Assembly (NCBI GenBank): GCA_964386485.1
Contig: CAYLTH010000006.1
Coordinates: forward strand, 8,610-43,744
Reading direction: 5' to 3'
Source: an uncultured Bacteroidales bacterium
Lineage (GTDB): Bacteria > Bacteroidota > Bacteroidia > Bacteroidales > CAIXZF01
Length of the DNA stretch: 35,135 nucleotides
The notes below the pieces were generated by a model, which saw nothing but the letters and a program-made list of their open reading frames with translations, was not told where the DNA came from and did no database searches. Position numbers and translations under genes: made by a program. Shown one piece after another: positions 18,527 to 28,348 of this stretch. How positions within the stretch are numbered: position 1 is the first letter of the stretch; each line of letters starts with the position of its first letter.

Positions 18527-19728
18527 CGTGAAGCTTGTAAGCGTTGATAAAACTGAAGGAGTTTGTCAATAATATTCGGATTATAATGATCAGATAAAGC
18601 AAGTTTTCTTGCGTTATCTCCCAATGTTTTGCACAATTCCGGATTTTCGATTAATGTGATGACTGCTTTTATAAACCGTTCAGCATCATCAGCCACAAGC
18701 ATGTGAACACCTTTTTGATAGGCAATTCCGTTGGCCCCTGTCTGAGTTGTTATGATTGCTTTGCCTGCAAGCATTCCCTGAATGATTTTTATCCGGATAC
18801 CACTTCCTGAAAAGAGGGGAACAATCATGATCCTGTTCTGAGCCATAAATTCATCTGAATCCGGAACTTCTCCTGCAATGAAAACACCTTCCTGGCTGTG
18901 AAACTTCAACCAGTTTGGCATTTTGCGGCCGGCCAGATTCAGGCAGATATCCGGATAACGCTGGTGAATAGTGGGCCATACATGTTTCAGAAACCATTTA
19001 ATCCCTTGTTCATTGGGAATCCAGTTCATAGATCCGATATGGAAAATACTTAAGGGAGAAAGGTCTTTATTCTCTACTCTGTCAGGCATCTCATTAATTC
19101 CGAATGGAATCAGCTCGGTTGCAGATTTTCCCGGAAGACCTGAAAAATAGGCATGGTCATCCGGAGAAATACTGGCGATCCCATCTACCTTGTACCGGAT
19201 AGCTTCTTCATATTTTTTAAGTGTTCCTGACAGACTTTTTAATGCAATTTTTTTGAAGGGATTATAGGTCTCACGGGCAAGTTGAAGCCAGATCAGATGT
19301 TCAATGTTATGAGCTCTGAGTACAATGGGTGCTTTGGAATATTCCCTGATTGTCTCAATATAAGGACTCATAAACAGTGTTTCAAGCTGTACAATGTCGA
19401 ATGATTCGGTCTGAAGTGTTAAAATAAGTTTCTCTCTGAATTCTTTATTATCAAACCGGCTGACATGATATGACCGACCCTTGATCAGGTCAGAAATTAA
19501 AGCTAAGGGTTTGATGTCCAAATCAAAGTAAATTGATTCCAGGCCGGTCTGACGGATATATTCAGCCGGAATTTTGTTCGTGTCAAAGTTGAATTTATGG
19601 GATTCTACAGCGAGTACTTTGACAGAATGACCGGTTTCCATGAGCCCTGAGATCAGTGCATTCATTGCAATCGGGCTGCCTTCAACCGGAGGGTAGGGTA
19701 GTTTGTTACAGAGAAAAAGAATCCGCAT
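18523..19728 (-). CDS. Glycosyltransferase, GT4 (GT-B fold)
   Basis: MRILFLCNKLPYPP..G, LRAHNIEH, HIGSMNWIPN..GI.WF, IVPLFSGSGIRIKIIQGM. Overlaps the end of lptF. Confidence 0.9.
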   Translation of the reverse strand: MRILFLCNKLPYPPVEGSPIAMNALISGLMETGHSVKVLAVESHKFNFDTNKIPAEYIRQTGLESIYFDLDIKPLALISDLIKGRSYHVSRFDNKEFREKLILTLQTESFDIVQLETLFMSPYIETIREYSKAPIVLRAHNIEHLIWLQLARETYNPFKKIALKSLSGTLKKYEEAIRYKVDGIASISPDDHAYFSGLPGKSATELIPFGINEMPDRVENKDLSPLSIFHIGSMNWIPNEQGIKWFLKHVWPTIHQRYPDICLNLAGRKMPNWLKFHSQEGVFIAGEVPDSDEFMAQNRIMIVPLFSGSGIRIKIIQGMLAGKAIITTQTGANGIAYQKGVHMLVADDAERFIKAVITLIENPELCKTLGDNARKLALSDHYNPNIIDKLLQFYQRLQASR

Positions 19729-21163
19729 CGTTTTTCTTTTTAGTTTTTGTCGGGAAAATCCTGCTTACTCCTTTTTTCCATGCATCTGCATCCACCAATG
19801 GGGAATCAGAAGTAGCTTTAATCGTTAAAAATACACCAATTGGCAGAAAAACGAGGGAGGCAATCCACATACCCTGCCAGGCAGGAAGTACACCTTCCCT
19901 GCAAAATTTTTCGCCTGTAATCGACAAAATATGAAATACAACAAAGAATAATACAGAGAAAACAACAGGCATTCCAAACCCTCCTTTACGGATAATTGCA
20001 CCCAGGGGTGCTCCGATAAAAAAGAGAATCAGACAGGCGAGGGAGAGGGTGAACTTCCGCTGAACCTCGATTTCATAGCGGTATAGCTTTTCAGACCGTT
20101 GATCTATTTCTGTTTTAAAAAATCCAATATTCTCCTTGGTATTCCGGGTATTATTTACAGCTCCCTCAATAATGCGGGAACGTTCTTCAGCAGGAAAGTT
20201 GTCCAGAAATACTGTTTCTAAAGGCTTTAAAGTGTCCTGAAGAGGATTTCTGACTGTTTTCTTGCGGGAAAGATGCAAAAAACTGCGCCAAACCTGGTCC
20301 TGCATTTCAGATTTTCGTAAATAAATTTTACCGGATAAAGAATCCTCTGCTTTGGATAATTGTTTAAGGTTAAGCATTTGATAATGAGATCGGAAAAGAT
20401 CTTCATTTGTACGGCTCATGGCAAAAGCACTCAGGTCGAATAACTGTTGATTCTCTTTAAATTTAGTTCGCTGAAAAGGTCTTCTTCTGGCGTAGTTCTG
20501 CTGATCAGTCTTCTCCTGATAGTTCACACCGTTATACAACTTGAAAACAAGGCCTTTCTTGTTATCTGTAAGTTGCATCGTTCCCCACTCAGCAGATGTA
20601 ACATTGATATTACCCATTCGTGCTGTGTGGTTGTAAATTTTTATATTGCGTATAGTCTTCCCGTCATTGTCCTTTTTTCCAACCCGGATTACATATCCGT
20701 CGATCCCGTCATAAAACATACCTTCTTTGATATTCAGGGCAAGTTTTTGCTCTCTGACATCATATAATATGGAATGAAACTTCAGGTTTGCATAGGGCAA
20801 TACATTATTGGAAAAGTAAAACGCTACCCCGCTAATGATAATCGACAGAATTACGAGAGGGGCCATCACCTTTTTAAGGGAAATCCCGGCTGCCTTTATG
20901 GCAACCAGTTCATAATGTTCTCCCAAATTCCCAAAAGTCATCAATGAGGAAAGCAAAATTGCCAGTGGCAAAGCAAGTGGGACAAACGTGGATGATGCAT
21001 AAACCAAAAGTTTGGCGATGATATACCATTCCAACCCCTTTCCAACAAGATCATCAACGTATTTCCATAAAAACTGCATCAACAGTATGAAGATTGCTAT
21101 GAAAAAAGTCATAACCAGCGGACCAATATAAGCCTTGAGTATAAGAATGTGAATTTTTTTCAT
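19706..21163 (-). CDS. LptF/LptG family lipid export permease
   Basis: QFLWKYVDDLVGKGL, PLALPLAILLSSLMTFGNLGE.YEL.AIKAAGISL, FFIGAPLGAIIRKGG.G.P, with 3+3 TM topology. Start moved to ATG 21163 (MKKIHIL) because a TATCTTTG promoter lies within the longer ORF. Confidence 0.92.
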   Translation of the reverse strand: MKKIHILILKAYIGPLVMTFFIAIFILLMQFLWKYVDDLVGKGLEWYIIAKLLVYASSTFVPLALPLAILLSSLMTFGNLGEHYELVAIKAAGISLKKVMAPLVILSIIISGVAFYFSNNVLPYANLKFHSILYDVREQKLALNIKEGMFYDGIDGYVIRVGKKDNDGKTIRNIKIYNHTARMGNINVTSAEWGTMQLTDNKKGLVFKLYNGVNYQEKTDQQNYARRRPFQRTKFKENQQLFDLSAFAMSRTNEDLFRSHYQMLNLKQLSKAEDSLSGKIYLRKSEMQDQVWRSFLHLSRKKTVRNPLQDTLKPLETVFLDNFPAEERSRIIEGAVNNTRNTKENIGFFKTEIDQRSEKLYRYEIEVQRKFTLSLACLILFFIGAPLGAIIRKGGFGMPVVFSVLFFVVFHILSITGEKFCREGVLPAWQGMWIASLVFLPIGVFLTIKATSDSPLVDADAWKKGVSRIFPTKTKKKNDADSFSL

Positions 21164-21185
21164 AGCAGCAACATTAGCCTTGTTG

Positions 21186-21215
21186 CAAAGATATGAGATT
21201 ATTCCCATACATTTG
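21186..21215. promoter_or_regulatory. Divergent Bacteroidota -7 elements: TATCTTTG (minus, 21186-21193) and TACATTTG (plus, 21208-21215)
   Basis: Two exact TAnnTTTG matches pointing outward in the 70-nt gap between lptF and the GNAT gene. Confidence 0.7.
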
Positions 21216-21233
21216 CCCTTAAACAGGAGCTAT

Positions 21234-22430
21234 ATGAAACTAAGTGTCGTTGATGACAGCAGATCACGCATGCTATTTCTTGATGTTGCAAGAGTAATTT
21301 ACAAAAATGATCCGCATTGGGTGTGTCCGCTTGATGATGAAATCGAAGGGATATTCAACCCTGAAACCAATGTTTTTTTTAAAAATGGTGAAGCCTGCAG
21401 GTGGATTCTTACAAATGATTCCGGGGAGTTGATAGGCCGGGTCGCTGCGTTTATTAATAATCTGAAAGCGCACAATTATCAGCAACCGACTGGTGGTATG
21501 GGCTTTTTTGAATGCATTGATAATCAGGAAGCCGCATTTCTTTTATTTGATACTTGTAAAGAATGGCTTTCCGAAAAAGGCATGCAGGCCATGGACGGGC
21601 CGATTAATTTCAGTGAAAATGATAACTTCTGGGGATTACTGGTTGAAGGTTATATGCATCCAAGTTATGGGATGCCCTATAACTTTCCTTACTACCAAAA
21701 ATTCTTTGAGGACTATGGATTTAAGCATTATTTTGAGCAGGTTTCCAATCACCTGAATCTCAATAAACCATTTCCTGAACGTTTCTGGAAAATTGCAGAG
21801 TGGGTTATGTCAAGACCCGGGTATCGTTTTGAGCATTTTAAACTGAAAGATGCTGAAAAATACATCCTGGATATGAAAACCGTATATGATACAGCCTGGC
21901 AATTTCATGAAAACTTTACCCCTCTTGATGAAAAGTTTTTAATGGAAAGCCTCCGGAAGGCAAAAGATTTTCTGATTGAGGAGTTTATATGGTTTGTTTA
22001 TCATGAAAATGAGCCTGTTGGTTTTCTGGTTATGTTCCCGGATGTGAATCAGATTCTGAAACGTTTTAATGGTAAAATGAATCTGATCAATAAGTTAAGG
22101 TTCTTGTATTTTAAGAAATTCAACGGATTTACCCGGGCCAGAATCACAATAATGGGCGTTGTTCCGCAATATCAGCGCATGGGCCTCGAATCCGGTATTT
22201 TCTGGCATCTCCGTAAAGTGTTTGACCGCCGTTCAGCCTACCATGAAATTGAACTGTCCTGGGTTGGAGACTTCAATCTCAAGATGAGGAAACTGCATGA
22301 ATCAGTGGGTGCTGACTTTGCTAAAAAGCACATTACCTACCGCAAAATTTTTACAGAAATTCCTGCTGATCAAAAATATACAGCCATTCCTGTCGATACC
22401 AAAGATAAATTTCTGGATGAAACAAAGTAA
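21234..22430 (+). CDS. GNAT-fold acyltransferase of the YghO / bacterial ceramide synthase-like family
   Basis: DP.WV.PL, GRVAAFIN, G.GFFECID, GPINF.E...WGLLVEG, PYNFPYY..F.E.YGF, FPDVNQ.LK..NGK, MGVVPQYQRMG, ELSWVGDFN. Start taken at ATG 21234 (MKLSVVDD). Confidence 0.8.
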   Translation: MKLSVVDDSRSRMLFLDVARVIYKNDPHWVCPLDDEIEGIFNPETNVFFKNGEACRWILTNDSGELIGRVAAFINNLKAHNYQQPTGGMGFFECIDNQEAAFLLFDTCKEWLSEKGMQAMDGPINFSENDNFWGLLVEGYMHPSYGMPYNFPYYQKFFEDYGFKHYFEQVSNHLNLNKPFPERFWKIAEWVMSRPGYRFEHFKLKDAEKYILDMKTVYDTAWQFHENFTPLDEKFLMESLRKAKDFLIEEFIWFVYHENEPVGFLVMFPDVNQILKRFNGKMNLINKLRFLYFKKFNGFTRARITIMGVVPQYQRMGLESGIFWHLRKVFDRRSAYHEIELSWVGDFNLKMRKLHESVGADFAKKHITYRKIFTEIPADQKYTAIPVDTKDKFLDETK

Positions 22431-22474
22431 TTGATTTTTTTACGATATTTGGATACACCAAAAAATATCCGGAT

Positions 22475-24412
22475 ATGAAAAAATCGCTACTGTTTTGCAC
22501 ACTTATTCTGTTAACTGCCTGCGTTTTCGGTCAGAATACCCAGGTAAAGAGTTCTTTCAAACAGACACTGAAGCCTCATTTCTTCAGGACTATTCCAATG
22601 GATCCGCCTGGAACAAAAAATCCTGTATATCCCCAGAATCATTTTCAGCAGAATTCTGTTCAGCAGCCCAATGCTGTTACCATTATTGATCTGGGGCAAT
22701 CAGCAAATGCCTATGGATTTTATGGCGGAAACCGCACGTATATCTGGGCCGACAATGATGTGAATGCAGTAAGTTTTGTACATCGTATGGTAGCAGATGG
22801 TGGCTATGGTGGTCATCGGATTGCATATGACATTTCCCAAAATGGAGGAGAATCCTGGAAAAATAACATCCGGATTTATGAACCCATCGGACCAGGAGGT
22901 ACCTACCCGCTTGCAGCTGGTCGTTATCCACAGGGAGGAATATATAACCCTTCCGGTAACATGACTCCCGGCAATGCCTTCTTTACCTATTTTATTCCTA
23001 CGCTTGATGGCAGCAATGGGGATACCTGGGGAGGCTACGCTTACGGAGTGCATAAACTCGACTCGACGCTTGCTTATACCCAACACAATCTGAGTGCACA
23101 TGATGCCTTTAAACAGAATGTCCCGGATGCCTTCACGATACTGCCCAACGGATCTTTCTTTGCTGCAGATCCTGCAGTTACCGGTGGAATTGCTTCAAAC
23201 TATAACGATTCCATGATACTTTCAAAAGGCAGTTTTAATGCTGTAAGCCACGATTTTGAAGTGACTCAGTCTCTGTTTTACCTGCCTGTTGATAAGTATA
23301 TTTCAGATACGAAGATCGCTTTTGCTCCCGACGGAAACACTGGTTTTTTGTCCGTATTGTCACATCATGATTATACTTTCGAAACAGATTCCGTTTTTTA
23401 TCCAATCCTATACAAAACAACGGATGCCGGGAATACCTGGTCGGCACCCATTTTTGTTAAATTGTGGGGCCCCGATGGTCTTGACGGGATAAAAAACTGG
23501 CTCACGGATTCAATGCTGGGCGCATTTTTCGAACCACCAGTACCTGCACGCGATGAGGTCAGCTATACAACCGCCTGGGAACACGACCTGGTAGTTGACA
23601 TGAACGGAAACCCGCATATTTGTGTGGTCATCGGAATCTCCGGCGGAGCATGGAATATTTACACCCCGCGGGATTATATCGCTGTTTTTGATATTTACTC
23701 AACCGACGGAGGAACTTCCTGGCTTGCACTTCCTTTGGATTCACTGAAAACATTTGATGGTCTTTTCGGCGGAACCGGCGGTATTACCGAATACAACAGG
23801 GTGCAAATCAGCCGTACTCAGGATGGATCAAAACTGTTTTACTCCTGGCTGGATACAGAAACCGATGGGATTACGGATAATGTTGAACCCAATATCTACT
23901 GTAAAGGGTTTAGTGTTCCCACCAGTAAAACAACCAAAACCTTCAACGTGACAAAATTTACTCCGGCTTATGCTCAGGCTTTCATGGGGTCTCAATCCCA
24001 TATGGTTTTCAGTCAGGGTGGTACCTATACCATTCCTTTTGTTTATCAGGAAATGAGTCCGGTAGCCCCGGCTGATCCCGTTCAGTATAAATACATCCAC
24101 AACTTCAAAATTCTGGATGCTGATTTTGTCGGAATAGATCAGATTGAAACTTCTGGTTTTATCGTATCTGAGGCCTGGCCAAATCCAGCCAATAATTCAG
24201 TTTCATTTGAGCTAAACTTAACGAAATCAATGCCTTGCCGGTTTACTGTATATTCTTTACCTGGTCAGGAAATATTCAGAAGTTCACCCAAAACCCTTGC
24301 CACTGGCTCCACTTCAGTTAATATTGATGTAAGTGCTTGGAAATCAGGTGTATACTTTGTTTCTTTCACCCTGGGGTCGAATACACAGACGAAAAAAATC
24401 ATTGTCCGCTAA
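22475..24412 (+). CDS. Secreted Asp-box/BNR-repeat protein with T9SS type A CTD (copy 1, divergent)
   Basis: Signal peptide ending VFG|Q. Asp-boxes ISQNGGESW, KTTDAGNTW, STDGGTSW. CTD WPNPA...SGVYFV...TKKIIVR. Confidence 0.88.
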   Translation: MKKSLLFCTLILLTACVFGQNTQVKSSFKQTLKPHFFRTIPMDPPGTKNPVYPQNHFQQNSVQQPNAVTIIDLGQSANAYGFYGGNRTYIWADNDVNAVSFVHRMVADGGYGGHRIAYDISQNGGESWKNNIRIYEPIGPGGTYPLAAGRYPQGGIYNPSGNMTPGNAFFTYFIPTLDGSNGDTWGGYAYGVHKLDSTLAYTQHNLSAHDAFKQNVPDAFTILPNGSFFAADPAVTGGIASNYNDSMILSKGSFNAVSHDFEVTQSLFYLPVDKYISDTKIAFAPDGNTGFLSVLSHHDYTFETDSVFYPILYKTTDAGNTWSAPIFVKLWGPDGLDGIKNWLTDSMLGAFFEPPVPARDEVSYTTAWEHDLVVDMNGNPHICVVIGISGGAWNIYTPRDYIAVFDIYSTDGGTSWLALPLDSLKTFDGLFGGTGGITEYNRVQISRTQDGSKLFYSWLDTETDGITDNVEPNIYCKGFSVPTSKTTKTFNVTKFTPAYAQAFMGSQSHMVFSQGGTYTIPFVYQEMSPVAPADPVQYKYIHNFKILDADFVGIDQIETSGFIVSEAWPNPANNSVSFELNLTKSMPCRFTVYSLPGQEIFRSSPKTLATGSTSVNIDVSAWKSGVYFVSFTLGSNTQTKKIIVR

Positions 24413-24450
24413 AATTTCATGCTGTTTTGATATTATTCAACAAAATTGCG

Positions 24451-24458
24451 TATTTTTG
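24451..24458 (+). promoter_or_regulatory. Bacteroidota promoter for copy 2 (-7 TATTTTTG; -33 TTTG at 24426-24429)
   Basis: Both consensus elements present, 21 nt apart, followed by an AT-rich leader. Confidence 0.7.
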
Positions 24459-24520
24459 CATTGAAGGAAATTTATATCAAAACTTAAATAAACATTAATT
24501 ATTAACCAAATCAAAGCGAC

Positions 24521-26374
24521 ATGAAAAAACTCTTACTCATCAGCCTCGCTCTTATGATTGCAATAGGTGTTAATGCTCAACAAAAAGGAAAGCATACCTT
24601 CAATCCGAATAAGAATGTGGCCGTAAAAAAACCGGTGAAAGCCACTGACGAATCGACAAACATGCTCGAGAAAAAAGCAAATCCAACTGTAAAATCAGGA
24701 CTTGCCGCTCAGGAAACCAAAATTGGTGGAACCCGTTATGACCTTCAGTCAAATAATTCTACCCAGAATCGTATTTATCGTTTTGCTGACGGTTCAATCG
24801 GTGCTGTATGGACATTCGGTCTTGTAGATCCTGGTTATGCAGATCGCGGAACCGGTTACAATTTTTATGATGGAGCTGCATGGGGTGCTGAACCAACACA
24901 ACGTATTGAAGACGTAAAAGTTGGCTGGCCAAGCTACAGTGCCTGGGGTCCTTCAGGTGAAATCGTTACAACCCACACCGGATCAGCTGCCGGTATTAAA
25001 ATTGCCAAAAGAGCTACCAAAAATTCAGGTACATGGGAATTATCAACCAGAACAGGTCCTGCAGGAAATGAAAACCTCTTATGGCCACGTTCAGTTACCA
25101 GTGGTACAAACAATGAATTCCTGCACTTAGTTGGTTTAACAGCTCCTGTTGCCAATGGCGGTACTGCTTACAATGGACAAGATGGTTCATTACTGTATTC
25201 CCGTTCAAACGACGGTGGTGCTACCTGGCAGGTTAATAATGTTCAGTTCCCGGGAACTGATACCAATTACTACCTTGCTTTAGGTGGTGATAATTATTCT
25301 TTTGCTCAGCCAAAAGGAAACAATATCGCTTTCTTATATGGTGAAGATTGGGCTGATATGTTCCTCATGAAATCAACCGATAACGGAACAACCTGGACCA
25401 AAACCATGGTTTTCCAACATCCTTATCCAAAGTTCAAAGAATCAACTACGCTTGTAACCGATACCCCATGGGTTGTTGACGGTTCAACCAATGTTGTACT
25501 TGATAACAATGGAAAAGCTCATGTATTCTTTGGTTGCATGCGCGTTCTCAATGATGACCTTACCGATGGTACAACTTCTTATTTCCCATATTCTGATGGT
25601 ATCGGATACTGGAATGAAGATATGTCTCCTTTAACAACTACCAATCCTGACTTATTGGATGTTACAAATCAGCTTGTAGCTTATACCCAGGATGTGAATG
25701 GTAATGATACCATTTTCGAATTTGTTGATGTAGCACTTTATTTCCTCTCCATTTCTTCAATGGCCAATGCTACCATTGATGATGATGGTAACATCTTCCT
25801 TTTCTATACCTCTGTTATGGAAAATCTTGATAATGGAAACCAAAACTATCGTCACGTTTACGGTCGTGCTTTTGCCGATGGTTACTGGCATGATTTTGTA
25901 GATGTTACAGGTAGTATCATCCACAATTTTGACGAATGCGTATTCCCTTCAGTTGCTGCTTCTTCAGATGACTTTTGCTACGTTGTTTTCCAGGCTGACG
26001 AAGAGCCGGGTCTGAGCGTAAGAGGTGATGAAGATCCTGCTACCGATAACAGCATTATCCTCTCCAAAATTGCTAAAGCTGACCTGCTTGTTGGTATCAA
26101 CAAACCGGAAACCTTTATCAATTCTGTTAGCCAGAATATGCCGAATCCTGCAAACGGAACAACTCAGTTCGTTGTTAACCTTGCCAAAGCAAGCAAAATG
26201 GGTGTTGAACTCAGCAATGCTGTAGGACAAAAAGTATTCAGTATTCCTTCTACTCAGGCAACTGCTGGTTTCCATACCATCACCCTTGACCTGAATAACC
26301 TGACTCCTGGTCTGTATTTCTATACAGTAACCGCCAATGGTCATCAGGTAACAAAGAAAATGATCGTTCAGTAA
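24521..26374 (+). CDS. Secreted Asp-box/BNR-repeat protein with T9SS type A CTD (copy 2)
   Basis: Signal peptide VNA|Q. Asp-boxes SRSNDGGATW and KSTDNGTTW. CTD PNPA...PGLYFYTV...TKKMIVQ. Clear paralog of copies 3 and 4. Confidence 0.9.
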   Translation: MKKLLLISLALMIAIGVNAQQKGKHTFNPNKNVAVKKPVKATDESTNMLEKKANPTVKSGLAAQETKIGGTRYDLQSNNSTQNRIYRFADGSIGAVWTFGLVDPGYADRGTGYNFYDGAAWGAEPTQRIEDVKVGWPSYSAWGPSGEIVTTHTGSAAGIKIAKRATKNSGTWELSTRTGPAGNENLLWPRSVTSGTNNEFLHLVGLTAPVANGGTAYNGQDGSLLYSRSNDGGATWQVNNVQFPGTDTNYYLALGGDNYSFAQPKGNNIAFLYGEDWADMFLMKSTDNGTTWTKTMVFQHPYPKFKESTTLVTDTPWVVDGSTNVVLDNNGKAHVFFGCMRVLNDDLTDGTTSYFPYSDGIGYWNEDMSPLTTTNPDLLDVTNQLVAYTQDVNGNDTIFEFVDVALYFLSISSMANATIDDDGNIFLFYTSVMENLDNGNQNYRHVYGRAFADGYWHDFVDVTGSIIHNFDECVFPSVAASSDDFCYVVFQADEEPGLSVRGDEDPATDNSIILSKIAKADLLVGINKPETFINSVSQNMPNPANGTTQFVVNLAKASKMGVELSNAVGQKVFSIPSTQATAGFHTITLDLNNLTPGLYFYTVTANGHQVTKKMIVQ

Positions 26375-26393
26375 TTCACTGTTCCATGATTTT

Positions 26394-26424
26394 GAAAAGG
26401 CATCCCATCCGGGGTGCCTTTTTC
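26394..26424 (+). terminator. Intrinsic terminator after copy 2
   Basis: AAAAGGCATCCC-ATCC-GGGGTGCCTTTTT hairpin (one G-U pair) with a T tract, 20 nt after the stop. Confidence 0.85.
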
Positions 26425-26465
26425 ATTTTATTCAAATTGATACAGTCGCTTTGCATTTTTTTTAA

Positions 26466-26473
26466 TAGATTTG
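26466..26473 (+). promoter_or_regulatory. Bacteroidota -7 element (TAGATTTG) for copies 3-4
   Basis: TAnnTTTG match 22 nt upstream of ATG 26496, downstream of the copy 2 terminator. Confidence 0.55.
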
Positions 26474-26495
26474 TAGAGCACAAAACACAACAGCT

Positions 26496-28340
26496 ATGAA
26501 AAAAACCTTACTTTTTTTATCAATTATGGCCTTTGGAGTGATGACATTCGGTCAGCAATCCAATCAGGGGAAAGTTTCTGTTCAGTCTAAAAAGGATCTG
26601 GCATTGAAAAAACCTTCCATGAAAGCCGTGAAGGAATACATGAACACCAAAGAATCCGATGTACGTGTACCCTATAAACCGAAAGCAACACCCAGTGAAA
26701 CCGTACTTGGAACTACACGGTATGACCTCCAGACAAACCAGGCTACCCAGAACCGAATTTACCAATATGCCGATGGTAAAATTGCTGCAGTATGGACCCG
26801 TGGATTGAATGACCCCGGTTATGCCGATCGTGGTACCGGTTACAATTATTTTGACGGGACCCAATGGCAAAGCCCACCCGCTGCCCGCATCGAAAGTTCA
26901 AAAACCGGCTGGCCATCCTATGCACCCCTGGGTACAGATGGAGAAATCGTTACAGCCCACCACAGTACGCTGGGATTGGTTGTTTCGAAAAGAACCCCGC
27001 GTTTTACCGGAACCTGGACAGAGAGCATTTTAGCAGGCCCGGCAGGTTCTGTCGATATCTCCTGGCCTCGTCTGGTTACATCCGGTGCCAATCATAATAC
27101 AGTGCATGTTATTGCAACAACCTATAACGAATATTTAGGACAAAATTTCGCCTTGCTTTATTACCGTTCACTCGATGGCGGAAACACCTGGGATCAGCAA
27201 CATGTTATTCTCCCCGGAACCGGAGATGCTGATTATGAAGGATATAGTGGTGATTCCTATGCTTTTGCCGAACCCAGAGGTGATACGGTCGCTTTCGTTG
27301 TTGGCGATAACTGGATCGATATGTTCCTGATGAAATCTGTTGATGGTGGTACCACCTGGACAAAAACCGTGATCTTCCAACATCCATATCAACATTTTGA
27401 TGAAACGCTGACCCTGGTTACCGATACCCCAACCGTTACCGATGGTGCCATTGCCGTTGCCCTGGATAAACACGGGAAAGCCCATGTTTCATTTGGTTTG
27501 ATGCGGGTCCTCAATGATGACTTAACCGATGGAACTACTTCCTTCTTCCCGTTTACCGATGGTTTGGGATATTGGAATGAAAACATGCCAACCATGACCA
27601 GCCTGAAATACGAAGACCTCGAAGTGGCAGGAAATCTGATTGGATGGACACAGGACCTGAATGGAAATGATACTGTTCTTGAGTTTGTGGATGCTGCAAC
27701 CTATTATATGTCTGTTACCAGTATGCCGAATCTTACAGTCGATGAAAATGACCGTGTATATGCATTTTTTACTTCTATTATGGAAGGTTATGATAATGGA
27801 AATCAGAATTACCGCCATGTGTATGGAAGAGCATTTGCTGATGGTTACTGGCATCCGTTTATTGATATCACCGGAACCATTTTTCACAACTTCGACGAAT
27901 GTGTATTCCCGAATGTAGCCTATAACACTGACAACAATCTCCATGTTATCTTTCAGGCCGATGAAGAACCCGGTTTATCCATCAGAGGTGATGAGGATCC
28001 TGCAACCGATAATAATATCATTTATTCCAAAGTTCCAAAACAGGATTTACTGGTTGCCGGAATCAATTCAATTGATAACACAATTTCAAGCGTTAGTCAG
28101 AACTTCCCGAATCCGGCCTCAACAATGGCAAATGTTGTTATTCAGTTGAATAAAGCTTCGGATTTAGGCATTGAAGTATGCAATTTCACCGGACAAAAAG
28201 TACTGGAGCTTCCGGCAATGAATGCAGCAGCCGGAGTACATCAATTAAGCTTCAGTGTTGAAAAATTAAGCCCCGGAATTTATTTCTACACCGTTCTTTC
28301 AGGCAATCAGAAAGTAACGAAGAAAATGATTGTTCAATAA
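26496..28340 (+). CDS. Secreted Asp-box/BNR-repeat protein with T9SS type A CTD (copy 3)
   Basis: Signal peptide TFG|Q. Asp-boxes YRSLDGGNTW and KSVDGGTTW. CTD FPNPA...PGIYFYTV...TKKMIVQ. Confidence 0.9.
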   Translation: MKKTLLFLSIMAFGVMTFGQQSNQGKVSVQSKKDLALKKPSMKAVKEYMNTKESDVRVPYKPKATPSETVLGTTRYDLQTNQATQNRIYQYADGKIAAVWTRGLNDPGYADRGTGYNYFDGTQWQSPPAARIESSKTGWPSYAPLGTDGEIVTAHHSTLGLVVSKRTPRFTGTWTESILAGPAGSVDISWPRLVTSGANHNTVHVIATTYNEYLGQNFALLYYRSLDGGNTWDQQHVILPGTGDADYEGYSGDSYAFAEPRGDTVAFVVGDNWIDMFLMKSVDGGTTWTKTVIFQHPYQHFDETLTLVTDTPTVTDGAIAVALDKHGKAHVSFGLMRVLNDDLTDGTTSFFPFTDGLGYWNENMPTMTSLKYEDLEVAGNLIGWTQDLNGNDTVLEFVDAATYYMSVTSMPNLTVDENDRVYAFFTSIMEGYDNGNQNYRHVYGRAFADGYWHPFIDITGTIFHNFDECVFPNVAYNTDNNLHVIFQADEEPGLSIRGDEDPATDNNIIYSKVPKQDLLVAGINSIDNTISSVSQNFPNPASTMANVVIQLNKASDLGIEVCNFTGQKVLELPAMNAAAGVHQLSFSVEKLSPGIYFYTVLSGNQKVTKKMIVQ

Positions 28341-28348
28341 ATGATCCC

